A stretch of 63,244 nucleotides of DNA, counting the filler, from Octopus bimaculoides (Eukaryota): assembly GCF_001194135.2 (NCBI RefSeq). It is 6 parts of 6 records of this genome, joined end to end, with 100 filler letters (N's around TTAATTAATTAA, not from the genome) between each part and the next. Parts side by side here need not be neighbours in the genome. Positions count along the whole stretch, not along the records: positions 60,384 to 63,244 come from NW_026406368.1; 5 more parts are not named here. The stretch is one strand, 5' to 3'. Every line of letters begins with the position of its first letter. The first letter of the stretch is position 1. This document shows positions 61,141-63,244 of this stretch, piece after piece. A program made the translations under genes and the position numbers. The notes under the pieces were generated by a model. That model did not search any database. It was given only the letters and a program-made list of their open reading frames with translations, and was not told the origin of the DNA.

Positions 61141-62659
61141 ATAATAATGATAACATTAATGATAAGAACAACAACAACAACAACAGCACCAGCACCAGCA
61201 AGAAGAAGAACAATTGGAACAATACAACCCGTAACGCACACCGTGCACGTTTATGCCTTACTAAAAAGTATTAAATTATTGATTAGCAGTGATATCTGCC
61301 ACCACATCACACTTCACAGCTCAACTCCTTCTTTTCTTTCCCCATCTTCTATCCTCACCCACCACCACATCTACCTCTTCACATTATTGCTTGTTTTTTT
61401 TTTGTTTTTTTTGCTCTCCTGTCTGCCGTTGTCTGGCGGCACACGCCAGTTTGGGTTAAGGAGGCGGGTTCGGTTGGCGCACACGACTCTCACATCCACT
61501 TACTTTGAAATTAATCCTATATAAACTCTTATTTCACTTCTTTAATTAAGACACAGTTTTAAGATGTTCATAAAAAAAAAAGGAAAAAAAAGAAGAAAAA
61601 ACGAGTAAAAAAAAAGTAGGAATCGTTATAATTCTGAGGCAAGTACCTGGTGGTATCTCATTATTGTCACTTCTTTTCTTCGAGAGTGGTTCGCATCCCA
61701 CCGGCATCNNNNNNNNNNNNNNNNNNNNNNNNNNNNNNNNNNNNNNNNNNNNNNNNNNNNNNNNNNNNNNNNNNNNNNNNNNNNNNNNNNNNNNNNNNNN
61801 NNNNNNNNNNNNNNNNNNNNNNNNNNNNNNNNNNNNNNNNNNNNNNNNNNNNNNNNNNNNNNNNNNNNNNNNNNNNNNNNNNNNNNNNNNNNNNNNNNNN
61901 NNNNNNNNNNNNNNNNNNNNNNNNNNNNNNNNNNNNNNNNNNNNNNNNNNNNNNNNNNNNNNNNNNNNNNNNNNNNNNNNNNNNNNNNNNNNNNNNNNNN
62001 NNNNNNNNNNNNNNNNNNNNNNNNNNNNNNNNNNNNNNNNNNNNNNNNNNNNNNNNNNNNNNNNNNNNNNNNNNNNNNNNNNNNNNNNNNNNNNNNNNNN
62101 NNNNNNNNNNNNNNNNNNNNNNNNNNNNNNNNNNNNNNNNNNNNNNNNNNNNNNNNNNNNNNNNNNNNNNNNNNNNNNNNNNNNNNNNNNNNNNNNNNNN
62201 NNNNNNNNNNNNNNNNNNNNNNNNNNNNNNNNNNNNNNNNNNNNNNNNNNNNNNNNNNNNNNNNNNNNNNNNNNNNNNNNNNNNNNNNNNNNNNNNNNNN
62301 NNNNNNNNNNNNNNNNNNNNNNNNNNNNNNNNNNNNNNNNNNNNNNNNNNNNNNNNNNNNNNNNNNNNNNNNNNNNNNNNNNNNNNNNNNNNNNNNNNNN
62401 NNNNNNNNNNNNNNNNNNNNNNNNNNNNNNNNNNNNNNNNNNNNNNNNNNNNNNNNNNNNNNNNNNNNNNNNNNNNNNNNNNNNNNNNNNNNNNNNNNNN
62501 NNNNNNNNNNNNNNNNNNNNNNNNNNNNNNNNNNNNNNNNNNNNNNNNNNNNNNNNNNNNNNNNNNNNNNNNNNNNNNNNNNNNNNNNNNNNNNNNNNNN
62601 NNNNNNNNNNNNNNNNNNNNNNNNNNNNNNNNNNNNNNNNNNNNTATATATATATATAT

Positions 62660-63060
62660 ATTCTCATTTATTCCTTTTCTTGTTTCAGTCATTTTACTGC
62701 GGCCATGCTGGAGCACCGCTTTTAGTCGAATAAAGCGAGCCCAGGACTTATTCTTTTTAAGCTTAACACTTAATCTATCGGTCCCTTTTCCCGAACCGTT
62801 ACGTTACGGGGACCTAAGCACACCGGCATTGGTTGTCAAGCAATGGAGTGGGGAGACACACACAAACACACACAAAGCATATACATGTATACATATATAC
62901 GACGGGCTTCTTTCAGTTTCCGTTTACTAAATCCACTTACAAAGTTTTGGTTGGCCAGAGGTTATAGTAGAAGACACTTGCCCAACATGCCGCGCAGTGG
63001 GACTGAACCTGGAGCCTTGTGGTTGGGAAGCAAGTTCCTTACCATATAGCCACATACATA
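62660..63060 (-). mobile_element. Near full-length SINE family A
   Basis: Reverse complement of 36816-37231. Confidence 0.9.
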
Positions 63061-63211
63061 CATATGCACACACATGTGTGTATATGTATACATGTATATA
63101 TACACACACACGCACCCACAAATACGCACACACACACATACGCACACACACGCATATATATTCACGTGTGCACATATCTTACCATCTAGATTCGATATAT
63201 GTACATATACG

Positions 63212-63244
<33 letters not shown>

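Overview
Eukaryotic, AT-rich, draft-quality genomic window with many N gaps, five of them artificial 100-bp pads (44N-TTAATTAATTAA-44N). The dense di/tri/tetranucleotide microsatellites and the high-copy tRNA-headed and RTE-tailed SINE families look like coleoid cephalopod (Octopus) DNA; this is inferred by eye, not by a search. Most ORFs in the supplied track are microsatellite or gap artefacts. The only well-supported host coding sequence is two + strand exons of a polypeptide N-acetylgalactosaminyltransferase (GALNT11-like; 46485-46619 and 47936-48022), plus a weaker candidate terminal exon (60647-60697). The rest is a mix of transposons: a full-length mariner (DD34D), a maT-type (DD37D) and a DD41D-like Tc1/mariner relic, a hAT deletion derivative, two Merlin-like MITEs (one with a visible telomere-repeat hairpin, the other gapped at that point), Helentron-like non-autonomous elements, RTE, R4/Dong and CR1-like LINE fragments, and many SINEs. 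The most notable items are (i) a TSD-bounded 539-bp non-coding Penelope/retrozyme-like insertion with a minimal type I hammerhead ribozyme fold (3104-3642), and a second, unrelated hammerhead at 48552-48597; and (ii) a CpG-depleted block (about 18.8-48.9 kb) whose edges coincide with padded gaps. Repeat family labels A-G are my own working names. Repeat edges are approximate unless a TIR or TSD is quoted.
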